This document shows, piece by piece, positions 38,094-47,514 of a stretch of DNA of 64,000 nt. The number at the start of each line of letters is the position of its first letter. Position 1 is the first letter of the stretch. The position numbers and the translations under genes were made by a program. Where the stretch lies: positions 111,075 through 175,074 of the forward strand of contig JBAZJH010000002.1 of the NCBI GenBank assembly GCA_041651415.1, in the 5' to 3' direction. The notes under the pieces were generated by a model that was not told the origin of the DNA, did no database searches, and saw only the letters and a program-made list of their open reading frames with translations. The DNA comes from Minisyncoccota bacterium. Its GTDB lineage: Bacteria > Patescibacteriota > Minisyncoccia > UBA6257 > XYB1-36-10.

Positions 38094-38438
38094 ATGCCAA
38101 GAGTAAAAAGAGGAACAACAGCCAATAAAAAAAGAAAGAGCGTATTAAAGCTCACGAAAGGTTTTAAATGGGACAGAAAGTCAAAAGAAAGAGCGGCGAA
38201 AGAAGCGTTATTGCACGCTTTGTCGAGGTCTTTCAGAGGACGAAAAGAAAAGAAAGGAGATTTTAGGAGATTGTGGCAGGTGAAAGTGAGCGCGGCGGCA
38301 AGAGAAAATGGAATGAGCTACAGTGTTTTCATAAAAAAACTGAAAAACGCCAATATAGTTTTGAACAGAAAGATGCTGGCGGAATTAGCGGAAAAGCATC
38401 CGGAGGCGTTTAAAAAAATTATAGAGGAAGTGAAATAA
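38094..38438 (+). CDS. rplT: 50S ribosomal protein L20
   Basis: MPRVKRGTTANKKRKSVLKLTKGFKWDRK... canonical L20. Confidence 0.9.
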   Translation: MPRVKRGTTANKKRKSVLKLTKGFKWDRKSKERAAKEALLHALSRSFRGRKEKKGDFRRLWQVKVSAAARENGMSYSVFIKKLKNANIVLNRKMLAELAEKHPEAFKKIIEEVK

Positions 38439-38440
38439 AA

Positions 38441-38478
38441 AAAAGAACTGCCCGGAAGGGCAGTTTTGGTTTAATTAA
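38441..38478 (+). terminator. intrinsic terminator after rplT
   Basis: gaactgcccggaagggcagtt followed by TTGGTTT. Confidence 0.55.
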
Positions 38479-38517
38479 ATAATTTTCAACTAATCTGCTA
38501 TCTGCAGAATTGAAAAA

Positions 38518-39042
38518 TTATAGTTTTTGGTCGGGGGGAAGACGGAAGAACGGATTTTTGCGAATAAAAGGTTTTTTTAAAGGATTCTTTTTCGGAAAGA
38601 TTTTAGGACGATTAAAATTACTGACAAGCCGGCCGGCTTTTTTGAGAATTTCAAAAGTGTTTTTGTGCTTACCTAAAACGGTTTTAGCTTCGGATAATCT
38701 AAACCAACCGAATCCCTCTTCGCGGGGGTCGATTTTAACTTCTTTTTGCTTGGTTTCGGCGAGATAAAAAGTGACGATTTTGAAGACTTTGTCTTTGCTT
38801 TCGCGGTCGTTAAAGGTGAATCTTTCAGAAACGCGGAAATTTCTAATGAGATGAAGATTGATTGATTTAATGCCGGTTTCTTCTTCCACTTCGCGAAAAG
38901 CGGTTTCAATGCTTCTTTCATTTTCCTCCATTTTTCCTTTAGGAAAATTCCAATAGTTGTTTCCATGATAAAGGAGAAGAAATTTTATTCCTTCTTCAGA
39001 ACGTCTGAAGATTATAATGCCGGAAGAAATTTGAGTTTTCAT
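38518..39042 (-). CDS. NUDIX hydrolase
   Basis: Nudix box GKMEENERSIETAFREVEEETGI. Confidence 0.75.
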   Translation of the reverse strand: MKTQISSGIIIFRRSEEGIKFLLLYHGNNYWNFPKGKMEENERSIETAFREVEEETGIKSINLHLIRNFRVSERFTFNDRESKDKVFKIVTFYLAETKQKEVKIDPREEGFGWFRLSEAKTVLGKHKNTFEILKKAGRLVSNFNRPKIFPKKNPLKKPFIRKNPFFRLPPDQKL

Positions 39043-41546
39043 AATTTTTTAGAGATGAAAACAATCTTATCATTTTCCAGAATTGCTTCAAGTTTATCTC
39101 CTTTTTTAATTTCTCCTCTTAAGATTTTTTCAGCCAGAGGATTTTTAAGATAGTCATTAATAGCTTCGTTCAAAGGGCGGGCGCCGAAGACCGGGTCGAA
39201 ACCAAGCTCGGAAACTTTTTTCACAACATCTTTTCCGAGAGAAATACCAATGGACTTATTTTCTTCAATTTCTTTCATAAGAGAGCCGATTTTAAGTTCG
39301 GCGATTTTTTCGATATCTTCCGGAGAAAGATTTTTAAAAGCGATTATTTTGGAAAAACGGTTTAAAAGTTCCGGACGGAAAAAGGCGGTGAGCTTTTTTT
39401 TGAGTTCTTCAGAAATTTCTTCCATTTTTTCTCCGGAATCGATTTTTTCTTTTATCCAATCGGAATGGGCGTTTGAAGTGGCGATAATAATGGCGTTTTT
39501 AAAACTAACGACGCGACCGAAGTTGTCGGTTAAGCGTCCGTCGTCCAGAACTTGCAGAAAAAGATTTAAAATATCGGGATGAGATTTTTCGAACTCATCG
39601 AGGAGAACGAGAGAAAAAGGCTTCTCTGAAATAGCTTCAGTCAAGGAGCCGACAACTTTCCCATCGGGAGAGCCGATGAGCCGGAAAAAACTTTGCTTGT
39701 CCTGAAATTCCGACATATCAAGGCGAATCATTTCTTTTTTGGAACCGAATTCGATTTCAGCGATGATTTTGGAAAGTTCGGTTTTGCCGACGCCAGTCGG
39801 GCCGACAAAAAGAAAAGAGGCGATCGGTCCTTCTTGATTAATAAGGCCGCTTCTGTATTGGCGGAGACTGGAAGAGACGGCAGAGACAGCTTCTTTTTGG
39901 TCGATTAATTTAGCATGAATTATTTCTTCTAAATTAATAAGTTTTTCCGATTCGGAAGCGGTGGTGTCGTGAAGGGGAACGTTTATTTTTCTTTCAGCAA
40001 TTTTAACAATGGAAGAAGCATTCACTTCTTTTTCCCGATTTTGATAAGCGTCAGCGGCAGCTTCTTTTAACAATTTTGAAGCGCTACCCGGAAGCATAAC
40101 TTTTCCAAAATACTGGCGGGCGATTTTTACCGCTTTATTAATGGCGGGAATAGTAATAAGCAATTTATTTTTATATTGATTTTCAAGAATTATTCCTTCA
40201 AAAACGAGAATAGCGGAAGCTTCCTCATCGGTGATTTCTTCAAGCATAATCGGAGAAAAAGCGCCGGAAAAATCGGAATTGTTTTCAATAAGATTTTTAT
40301 ATTCACGCGGAAAAGTGGTGCCGATAACAGAAAAGGAACTGGAGGAGATGGCAGGAATGAGGGTGTCGGCAATAGAAATCGAACCGGGCGAAGAGGATTT
40401 CAAGAGATTGTGAATGTTTTCAATAACGAGAACAATATTTTTAGCTTCGATAATTTCTTTAATAATGTCGGAAACTCTTTTTTGAATTTCTTCATCTTTA
40501 GCGCCGGCAATCAGACTGCCAATTTCGAGAGAAACGAGGCGGTGGTCAAAAAGAGGTTCAGCCACTTCGTCTTTTATAATTTTGAAAGCGAGGTGGGAGA
40601 TGACGGTAGATTTTCCGGAGCCGACTTCTCCAATAAGAAGAGCGTTTGGTCTTTCAGGCTTAGAAATAATATCTTCCAACTCGTCATATTCTTTGGCATG
40701 GCCTATCAGAAGGCCGATACGTTCGTTTCTCGCAAGAAAAGTCAAATCAGTAGAATATTTATCGAGAACGGGGGTGGGAAGGGCAGTCCAGGCGCGATTC
40801 ATAATGATGGGTTTTTCAGAAAAAGAGCGGGGAGCAAAACCGCCAATTGAAGAAGGAAGGCGTTTTAAAAATCCAAGACGCTTTTTATTGGCATTCCAGA
40901 TTATGGCTTTATTAATATCTTCTGGAAGAAGGGAAAAAAAAGAAAGAGCTTCTTTAATTTTTTCGTTTTCGGAAAGAAGAATACCCATAAAAAGATCATG
41001 AATTTCGATGAAGGAATTTTTATTTTGGAGGGCGCTTTTTGCCGAGGCAACACAAATTTTTTCCAAATCAAGATATATTTCTTCTCTAGAAGTTTTGGCG
41101 GTTTCTCTTAAACTGATTGTTTTTGAGAGGAGCTCTTTTTGAGGCGATTCGAGACGAGAGAGAGATTCGGATATTTCTCTTTTTTGAATCAAGTTTTCAA
41201 AGAGGTTTAAAGAAAAACTTTCTTTAGAAATTAGAGATTTATCCAGGCAAGCTTCAAGAGCGTTTAAGGAACGGGAAGTGAGAAAGAGAGAGGAATTTAT
41301 AGGACTTTTTTTGCAATTCAGAAAATTTTTTTCAGCTTTTTTCAAGTGGAAAGAGCGGTCAAGAAGAAAAAGAAAAAGGCCGAGAGCGGGCCAGAAGAGG
41401 TAAGAGATTTTAGAAAAAAAGACGGTGGCGACGAAAGCGATAAGCAGGCTGTAAAAAATATAGGAAATGACGCGGAAAAGAATTCTTTCCAAAAAAGACA
41501 TAGAGAGGCGCGGATTCTTAAAATATATTTCGAAATCAGATTTCAT
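39039..41546 (-). CDS. ClpA/ClpB/ClpC-family double-AAA+ ATPase with an N-terminal membrane anchor (2 predicted TM helices) in place of a canonical Clp_N region
   Basis: Two Walker A motifs (LLIGEVGSGKST and LFVGPTGVGKTEL) and a sensor/ClpB_D2-small region; hydrophobic N-terminus ILFRVISYIFYSLLIAFVATVFF...WPALGLFLFLL. Confidence 0.8.
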   Translation of the reverse strand: MKSDFEIYFKNPRLSMSFLERILFRVISYIFYSLLIAFVATVFFSKISYLFWPALGLFLFLLDRSFHLKKAEKNFLNCKKSPINSSLFLTSRSLNALEACLDKSLISKESFSLNLFENLIQKREISESLSRLESPQKELLSKTISLRETAKTSREEIYLDLEKICVASAKSALQNKNSFIEIHDLFMGILLSENEKIKEALSFFSLLPEDINKAIIWNANKKRLGFLKRLPSSIGGFAPRSFSEKPIIMNRAWTALPTPVLDKYSTDLTFLARNERIGLLIGHAKEYDELEDIISKPERPNALLIGEVGSGKSTVISHLAFKIIKDEVAEPLFDHRLVSLEIGSLIAGAKDEEIQKRVSDIIKEIIEAKNIVLVIENIHNLLKSSSPGSISIADTLIPAISSSSFSVIGTTFPREYKNLIENNSDFSGAFSPIMLEEITDEEASAILVFEGIILENQYKNKLLITIPAINKAVKIARQYFGKVMLPGSASKLLKEAAADAYQNREKEVNASSIVKIAERKINVPLHDTTASESEKLINLEEIIHAKLIDQKEAVSAVSSSLRQYRSGLINQEGPIASFLFVGPTGVGKTELSKIIAEIEFGSKKEMIRLDMSEFQDKQSFFRLIGSPDGKVVGSLTEAISEKPFSLVLLDEFEKSHPDILNLFLQVLDDGRLTDNFGRVVSFKNAIIIATSNAHSDWIKEKIDSGEKMEEISEELKKKLTAFFRPELLNRFSKIIAFKNLSPEDIEKIAELKIGSLMKEIEENKSIGISLGKDVVKKVSELGFDPVFGARPLNEAINDYLKNPLAEKILRGEIKKGDKLEAILENDKIVFISKKL

Positions 41547-41922
41547 AGTTTTTGAAATTTAAAATGTTCAGCGCTGGAAAAAATATTTCGGATGATTTTA
41601 AAATAATTAAAAGAGGGAGAATCGACCAAAGGAGAAAGAGGATAACAGCAAGAGAAATGATTATGATGTAAAGCAAAAGACCGAAAAAGAGAAGAATTAT
41701 TCTAAAAGGAAAACCAATCAGGCGCCCAAGGAGAGTGTAGTCTTGAAAAAGAGGCTGAAAGAGGTTGAGGGTAGTTATTTTGACGGCAAAGAAGCTGTCA
41801 AAAAACGCCAAGATGAAAATTGTTTTTCTAATGAAGAAAAAAAAGCCGTCAGAGTACCAATGTTTAAAAAATAGAAAGAGGCGGAGAAAGAAGGATTGAA
41901 TAATGAAGACAGGCAAATACAT
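41536..41922 (-). CDS. hypothetical membrane protein (128 aa)
   Basis: Hydrophobic ORF upstream of and overlapping the Clp ATPase start. Confidence 0.4.
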   Translation of the reverse strand: MYLPVFIIQSFFLRLFLFFKHWYSDGFFFFIRKTIFILAFFDSFFAVKITTLNLFQPLFQDYTLLGRLIGFPFRIILLFFGLLLYIIIISLAVILFLLWSILPLLIILKSSEIFFPALNILNFKNYEI

Positions 41923-42111
41923 AAGGATATTATATAATGGCTGGTTAAGAATTTCTAATTTGTATAAAAGAAGGTAATAATTAGCATTTTTGAATTATTA
42001 AAGCCAACTGGCAGTCTTTCAAAAAACCGCGAATCGCGAAAATTTTTCAAGACTGCCAGTTGGCTTGACTTATATTTTAGAGAGTGGGGGTGGGAGAGAA
42101 GGAAGGAAGGA

Positions 42112-42753
42112 GTGGAAAGAGGGGGAAAAGAGAGATATATTTTAGGTATGGAAATAAGCGAAAAAGAAAAACAAGAAAGATATGAGGCGATGAAAAAGAT
42201 AAGAGACGAGGTGATAAATTTGAAAGAATCGCCGCTTTATGCGACGAGAGTAAAACCGGTAATCGGGGAGGGAAGCCATTTTTCCAAAATTATGTTTATC
42301 GGGGAGGCGCCCGGAAAAAACGAGGCGGAGACGGGCAGGCCTTTCTGCGGAGCGGCGGGGAAAATTTTAGATGAGCTTTTAGAATCGGCCGGAATAAAGC
42401 GGGAAGAGGTTTATATAACAAATATTGTGAAAGACCGTCCGCCAAATAACCGCGACCCGTTGCCGGAGGAAATAAGGCTTTACGCGCCGTTTTTAGACAG
42501 ACAGGTGGAGATTATAAAGCCAGAGATAATAGCGACTTTAGGGAGATATTCGATGGTTTATATAATGGAAAGATATGGACTAGCGGAAATGGTGGAACCA
42601 ATAAGCAAGGCGAGGGGAAAAGTTTATGAAACGATTATGCCTTATGGAACGGTAAAAATAGCGCCGCTTTATCATCCGGCCGTGGCGGTTTATAACAGAA
42701 CAATGATTGAGGCATTGAAGGAGGATTTTAAAGTTTTAAAGGAATTAGTTTAA
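42112..42753 (+). CDS. uracil-DNA glycosylase, family 4
   Basis: GEAPGKNEAETGRPFCGAAGKILDELL matches the family-4 UDG motif GE-PG..E...G-PF-G-AG. Confidence 0.8.
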   Translation: MERGGKERYILGMEISEKEKQERYEAMKKIRDEVINLKESPLYATRVKPVIGEGSHFSKIMFIGEAPGKNEAETGRPFCGAAGKILDELLESAGIKREEVYITNIVKDRPPNNRDPLPEEIRLYAPFLDRQVEIIKPEIIATLGRYSMVYIMERYGLAEMVEPISKARGKVYETIMPYGTVKIAPLYHPAVAVYNRTMIEALKEDFKVLKELV

Positions 42754-42783
42754 AAGGGACTTTATTAAGAGAACGGGTTGTAA

Positions 42784-42977
42784 AAAAACAAAAACATCTC
42801 TGAAAAACAGGGCTAATCGCCATCATTTTTCAGAGATGTTTTTGTTTTATAAATTATAAAGAATTGGTTTAAATTAAGGAGAAATAAATATTAAAACCAA
42901 AAACAATCCTTCAAAACAGGGCTAATCACCAATTCCATCAAAGACGGACAGGCTGTTTTTAGGAATGTTTTTGGTTT
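42784..42977 (+). terminator. two tandem family-X hairpins (loops CAGGGCTAATCGCCATCA and CAGGGCTAATCACCAATTCC...) after the UDG gene
   Basis: 42784-42848: stem catctctgaaaaa/tttttcagagatg + T-run; 42889-42977: longer stem aaaaccaaaaacaatcc/ggaatgtttttggtttt. Confidence 0.5.
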
Positions 42978-43059
42978 TAGTAAAAACTTTTTTAGAGGGG
43001 GAGGAGGTGATAATAATGTAACTCCGACCTTGCGTCGGAGTTTCTCATCTTTTTAGAAG

Positions 43060-43088
43060 TTGACAGGTTTAGGAAATATGTATATATT
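43060..43088 (+). promoter_or_regulatory. conserved promoter TTGACA-17-TATATT (copy 2 of the promoter + leader module)
   Basis: ~125 bp nearly identical to 27653-27778. Confidence 0.55.
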
Positions 43089-43185
43089 TGGCTTAGAATT
43101 AGGTTAGTTAAAAAATGAAATCCGCCCATGGCGAGATAAAGTCCGCCTAAGCTAAAAACTACGGCGAGACGAAGGGAGAAGGAAA

Positions 43186-43482
43186 ATGGCTGAATTACAG
43201 GATTTAGCTTCGCTTAGTAATGAGATTTTAGTAAAAAGATTGATGGAGGTGGTATCAGCTTGTAAAGTAGCGAGAGTAGAAGGTTTTGTTGGGGTGTCTC
43301 GACTTGAGTATGGGTTGATGGAAAAAAATAAAAATGAATTAGAGGCGGAGGTTTTGAGGAGGTTGGAGGAAGCGGAAGAATTAAAATCACATTCAAAGCC
43401 TTCTTTCTCTGGGATTCCATATGAGGTTGCTCTTGAGGCCGGAATGATTGCAACTGAAATGAGGGAGTTTGAAGAGCTTTAA
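43186..43482 (+). CDS. hypothetical 98-aa protein, paralog of the 27779 ORF
   Basis: Shared leader and shared sequence blocks; terminator at 43499-43525. Confidence 0.5.
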   Translation: MAELQDLASLSNEILVKRLMEVVSACKVARVEGFVGVSRLEYGLMEKNKNELEAEVLRRLEEAEELKSHSKPSFSGIPYEVALEAGMIATEMREFEEL

Positions 43483-43564
43483 AAATGTTTTAAAATGACC
43501 TGCGAGAAACCGCAGGTTTTTTTTATATTTGCTTTTTTTAAAAAGTTCTGTATTATGTACGGGT

Positions 43565-43831
43565 ATGCCAAATACCAGCACAGCCAAAAGGGCTTTAAGA
43601 AAAAATAAAAAAAACAGGGCGATTAATCTTGTCAAAAAGGACGCTTTAAAGGCGGCGATAAAAGAATACAAAAAAATAGCGTTAGCGGGGAAAGGAGACG
43701 AGGCAAAGGCCAAACTTCCGGCGATCTATAAAAAAATAGACAAAGCAGCTAAAATAAATTTGATAAAAAAGAACAAGGCGGCGAGGTTGAAGTCAAGATT
43801 AGCCAAGAAAATAGCAGTCCCAGTGAAATAG
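43565..43831 (+). CDS. rpsT: 30S ribosomal protein S20
   Basis: MPNTSTAKRALRKNKKNRAINL...KNKAARLKSRLAKK; internal Met of track ORF 43529..43831. Confidence 0.8.
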   Translation: MPNTSTAKRALRKNKKNRAINLVKKDALKAAIKEYKKIALAGKGDEAKAKLPAIYKKIDKAAKINLIKKNKAARLKSRLAKKIAVPVK

Positions 43832-43923
43832 TTGCTAAAGCGAATTTCACGAGATAAATTAGTTTTTTAGTTCGTTAGTTGAAAAAACAGAAATCAAAAA
43901 AACAGCGGAAGCTGTTTTTTTGA

Positions 43924-44712
43924 TTATAAAACCAGTTGAAGCAGGGCTTCTTCGTATTCCAAACGGCCGGATTTTACATCCAAGTCGGCTTCGGCCAGTT
44001 TAGATTTTTTCGCGCCATTTTGGTAAGCGAGAGAGTTTAAAATTTTTCCCGGGTCTTCTTTTTGAATAAAAAGGAGTTCAAGAGCAGAAAGACGCTTGCC
44101 AATTTCTTTTTCGGAAAGATTTTTAAGGAGATAAAAAAAATCGTAGTTTTTAGAAAGGCCGATTTTTCGTAAAAGTGAGGCATCTATTTTTTGGCGGATA
44201 AGGGAGAGTTTTTCAAGTTCCGAAACAAGACCCCAAGAATCGCCGGAAAAAGTTTCAGAAATTATTTTTAAAGAAGGTTCGTCAAAGGAAAGATTGAGAT
44301 TTAGAGATTCTTCCAAAATAAAATTTTTCCAAGAATCATCTTTCAAGAGGTCGATTTTTTCAGATTTTACAGGAGGAGAAAGGAGAAAAGAAAAAGGCTT
44401 AGGGGGCAGAGAGGAGTGAGAAATAATAATGATAAAATTATCATTTTTTAAATTGGCTTCAAGGATTTTTTTAAAGTCCTTTTGAAAGTCCGATTCAAAA
44501 GGATTTTTTATAACGCAAAGCTTGGAAGTTTCAAAAAGGGATTGGGAGCCGGAAAAATCTTTGAAGGAAAAAAAGTCTTCTTGATTATCCTTTTCTTTAA
44601 AATCAAATCGTTTGAAAGAAAAGCCGGCAAATTTTTCCAGATATTTAGAAACGATATGCTTTTCTTTTTTTTGGCGGCGGTAGGAGTCGGGACCGTAGAG
44701 GAAAATAATCAT
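43924..44712 (-). CDS. holA: putative DNA polymerase III delta subunit (HolA-like)
   Basis: N-terminal IIFLYGPDSY... resembles HolA; divergent adjacency to rpsT is a conserved arrangement; weak. Confidence 0.45.
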   Translation of the reverse strand: MIIFLYGPDSYRRQKKEKHIVSKYLEKFAGFSFKRFDFKEKDNQEDFFSFKDFSGSQSLFETSKLCVIKNPFESDFQKDFKKILEANLKNDNFIIIISHSSLPPKPFSFLLSPPVKSEKIDLLKDDSWKNFILEESLNLNLSFDEPSLKIISETFSGDSWGLVSELEKLSLIRQKIDASLLRKIGLSKNYDFFYLLKNLSEKEIGKRLSALELLFIQKEDPGKILNSLAYQNGAKKSKLAEADLDVKSGRLEYEEALLQLVL

Positions 44713-44815
44713 AGTTTAAGCTAATAGTATACGAAGAAAAGAAAAAGTAAAAAAGATGATTTTTCTCTTATAAGTGGTATAGTAGTTTTAGAACACTATC
44801 AGAAAGGAAAAGAAG

Positions 44816-45010
44816 ATGAAAACAGATAAGAAGGGGCTTTTGAAACAGCGGGAGCAGACGCCGGAGGAAATTATTGGCGGAGTTTTAAGACAATTTCCTT
44901 TGTTGTTTTCGAGACTTAAGAAAAGGGTGGGATGTTATTTTGCGGGATCGGGATATGGGAAGCCTTTTAATGAGTCTCCTGAAACGTGGAAGAACTATCT
45001 TAAGGAATAA
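44816..45010 (+). CDS. hypothetical small protein (64 aa)
   Basis: ORF followed by the terminator aaagcggtttctaaaaagaagccgctttttt (45028-45058). Confidence 0.3.
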   Translation: MKTDKKGLLKQREQTPEEIIGGVLRQFPLLFSRLKKRVGCYFAGSGYGKPFNESPETWKNYLKE

Positions 45011-45160
45011 GACTTGGGTATTTATTAAAGCGGTTTCTAAAAAGAAGCCGCTTTTTTATAAAAAGAACAGTGGGAAGATAGAGAAGATTGGGTTTTAAAA
45101 TTTAAATTCTGATGTTCCGATATGATCGGAACATCATTTTTACTCTGAGTAAAAATGATG

Positions 45161-45244
45161 TGGGGATGGGGAGAGTTGAACTCCCATGGGTGTGAGCCCA
45201 TACGCTCCTGAAGCGTACGCGTATACCAGTTCCGCCACATCCCC
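45161..45244 (-). tRNA. tRNA-Leu (anticodon CAG), long variable arm
   Basis: Reverse complement folds: acceptor GGGGATG/CATCCCC, anticodon stem TACGC/GCGTA with loop TTCAGGA, variable arm ~16 nt, T-arm GGGAG-TTCAACT-CTCCC, discriminator A. Confidence 0.85.
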
Positions 45245-45269
45245 GAAAATAAAAAAAGAACTTGCTTAA

Positions 45270-45298
45270 ATACTAAGAGAAGAATGAAGGAGTGTCAA
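45270..45298 (-). promoter_or_regulatory. promoter for tRNA-Leu (TTGACA-17-TAGTAT on the minus strand)
   Basis: Reverse complement cTTTGACActccttcattcttctctTAGTATtt immediately upstream of the tRNA. Confidence 0.45.
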
Positions 45299-45300
45299 AG

Positions 45301-46953
45301 CTATTTTAGTTCACGGGCGGTTTTAACAAACCAGTTGTTGATGTCGTCAAAGCGACTAGGAGGAGTGATAATAAGTTTTGTTCCAAAACCGTTTAGATTT
45401 TTTGAAGTGATATAAACATAGTAAGGAGAATAAAGAAAGACGGCGGGGACATCTTTGCCAATAAGAGATTGGAGAGCGGAAAGGTCGCCTATCCGTTCTT
45501 CTTCATCAGAGGTTTTTCTGATTTCTTCAATCAGTTTGTCGACAGTTTTATTTTCGAATAAAGAAAGGTTTAATCCGGGGTGCAGTTTTTCCGAAGAATG
45601 CCAGAAGGAAAAAATGTCGGGACTGCCTCCCAGGATATTACCGAAAATCAGAAGTTCGTAATTGCGGTTTTTGATAGCGTCGTTATTTATTTCTTCGGGA
45701 GAAATAATGATGATGTTAGTTTTGACGCCGATTTCCCGCCAAGCTTTTTCGAGATAGTTGGCAGTGTTAACCAAAAAATCCACTTCCGGAACAACGAGAT
45801 TAAATTCAAGGGAAACGGTCTTATTTTTTATTTTCTTTTCGCGGACTTCATTTTCAATCAGTTTCCAGCCGGAATTTTCGAGAATTTCTTTGGCTTCAAG
45901 AGCTTCGTTATTGGAAACTTCACTGATATTTCGGCCGATAAAATTGGGAGTGATGGGACCAAAGATGGGGTCGGCCCAGCCGCCGAATATTTTTTCAATC
46001 AAATCTTTTTTATTGACGGCGGCATCAAGAGCAAGGCGGACATTTTTGTCCTGCAGGGCGGGGTTGACACTTTGGTTCATAAAAACGGCATAATAGCGGG
46101 GGGTGGCCATTTTATAGATATTGTTGGAGCGGGAAATAAAATCATATTCACTTTTAGTGAGTCCGCCCAAGCCGTCGATTTTAGCAAAATTAAAATCTTC
46201 ACTGGCCTTTTTCAAACTGGTATAGAAATTAATATCCAAATTTTCGACAAAAGGAGAGGATTTAAAATATTTATCGTTAGCAACGAGAGAATATTTAGTG
46301 ATGAAGCCGTCTGATTTCTTTTTGTAGGAATCAAACTTATAAGCGCCGCAGCCGACCGGCTGGAGATTATAATCAGAGAGCCGCCAGTTGTTTAAGGGAA
46401 TGTCGGCATAAATATGTTTGGGAATAATATAAAGCTTTTTCAAATTTTCTTCAAAAAAAGCGTAAGGAGAACTCAGTTTGATGGAAATTTCCAATTCGCT
46501 GACGCGATTCATAACGATGCCTTGCCAGGTGGCGCTCAAGGGAGAATGAAATTCCGGGTCCTGAATTTTATTTAAAGTGAAAATAATATCGTCGCTTGTT
46601 AGTTTTTCACCATCGTGCCAAAAGAGATTATCTTTCAGCCGGATTTGCCAGGATTGATTGTTGTTAGTCGGTTCTATTTTTTCCGCCACTTCAAAGGCGT
46701 TGCAAAAGATAAGAGAAATGAGGTCGCGGTCGGCGTCATTATTGCCGGAAATGATGGGGTTAACAAAAACCGGCTGACCGACAATTCCTTCCGTAAAAAG
46801 TCCGCCTTTTAGAGGGACGGGAACAGTAAATTTATTGAAAAGAATAAAACCAAGAAAAATAAGGGAAGCGAGGGAGACAAAGAAAAAAGTCAAAAAAAGC
46901 TTCCACTCAGAAGGCTTTAAATTTCTGACAATGGCTTTAGCTTTATACCACAA
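45301..46953 (-). CDS. ABC transporter substrate-binding protein, family 5 (peptide/nickel type), membrane-anchored
   Basis: 550 aa with N-terminal TM helix; SBP_bac_5-like sequence; no adjacent permease or ATPase genes. Confidence 0.65.
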   Translation of the reverse strand: MWYKAKAIVRNLKPSEWKLFLTFFFVSLASLIFLGFILFNKFTVPVPLKGGLFTEGIVGQPVFVNPIISGNNDADRDLISLIFCNAFEVAEKIEPTNNNQSWQIRLKDNLFWHDGEKLTSDDIIFTLNKIQDPEFHSPLSATWQGIVMNRVSELEISIKLSSPYAFFEENLKKLYIIPKHIYADIPLNNWRLSDYNLQPVGCGAYKFDSYKKKSDGFITKYSLVANDKYFKSSPFVENLDINFYTSLKKASEDFNFAKIDGLGGLTKSEYDFISRSNNIYKMATPRYYAVFMNQSVNPALQDKNVRLALDAAVNKKDLIEKIFGGWADPIFGPITPNFIGRNISEVSNNEALEAKEILENSGWKLIENEVREKKIKNKTVSLEFNLVVPEVDFLVNTANYLEKAWREIGVKTNIIIISPEEINNDAIKNRNYELLIFGNILGGSPDIFSFWHSSEKLHPGLNLSLFENKTVDKLIEEIRKTSDEEERIGDLSALQSLIGKDVPAVFLYSPYYVYITSKNLNGFGTKLIITPPSRFDDINNWFVKTARELK

Positions 46954-47152
46954 CGTTTAAGATCGATAAAATCACAAAACAGACGAGAGAAACGACGGTT
47001 AAAATAAAAATTATTTTTTCCACGCCTCTTCTTCTCCCGCGAAAAGCCGATTCGCCTCCCCCGAAAGTTCCAGAAAGACCGGATGACCTTTCTTGAATCA
47101 GAACGAGAGCAACGAGAATTATTGAGAAAATTATTTGAAGGGTAGTAATCAT
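46943..47152 (-). CDS. secG: preprotein translocase subunit SecG
   Basis: Two TM helices flanking the Gly-rich loop LIQERSSGLSGTFGGGESAF. Confidence 0.7.
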   Translation of the reverse strand: MITTLQIIFSIILVALVLIQERSSGLSGTFGGGESAFRGRRRGVEKIIFILTVVSLVCFVILSILNVVV

Positions 47153-47514
47153 TTTTTATAGACAGATCTAGCGGAAAAGCCGATTAACAGGCTTAAAGCG
47201 CTGAAAATGACAGTGGCAACCAAAAGATCGCTTATCGAATTGATTTTAATGTCATCGCTCAAAAAGTCAAGAAGGTAGAGAAGTCCGGCATTGATAAAAA
47301 AACTTAAAATTCCAAAAGTAATAAAGATAAAAGGAGAGAGAAAAAACTTTATTAAAGGTTTCAGAAAGATATTAATCAAGGCGAGAGCTCCGGCTAAAGA
47401 AAAAAGAGCTTCCAAATTTTCTTTAACTTCAAAGCCGGAAAGATAGCGATTGGCAATCAAGATGGCAACAATATTAGTTAAAAGCGAAAGAAAGAGTTTA
47501 GAGATGATTTTCAT
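47149..47514 (-). CDS. small polytopic membrane protein (phage-holin-4_2/DUF-like), hypothetical
   Basis: 121 aa, four predicted TM helices. Confidence 0.4.
   Translation of the reverse strand: MKIISKLFLSLLTNIVAILIANRYLSGFEVKENLEALFSLAGALALINIFLKPLIKFFLSPFIFITFGILSFFINAGLLYLLDFLSDDIKINSISDLLVATVIFSALSLLIGFSARSVYKK

Noticed and set aside
40176-41001. Plus-strand ORFs (224 aa, 139 aa) inside the Clp ATPase gene
   Set aside because: Antisense to a strongly supported AAA+ gene; Gly/Arg-rich translation mirrors the purine-rich coding strand.
45580-46314. 244-aa plus-strand ORF inside the substrate-binding-protein gene
   Set aside because: Antisense frame of a 550-aa SBP gene; no start context and repetitive Phe/Gly/Ile composition.
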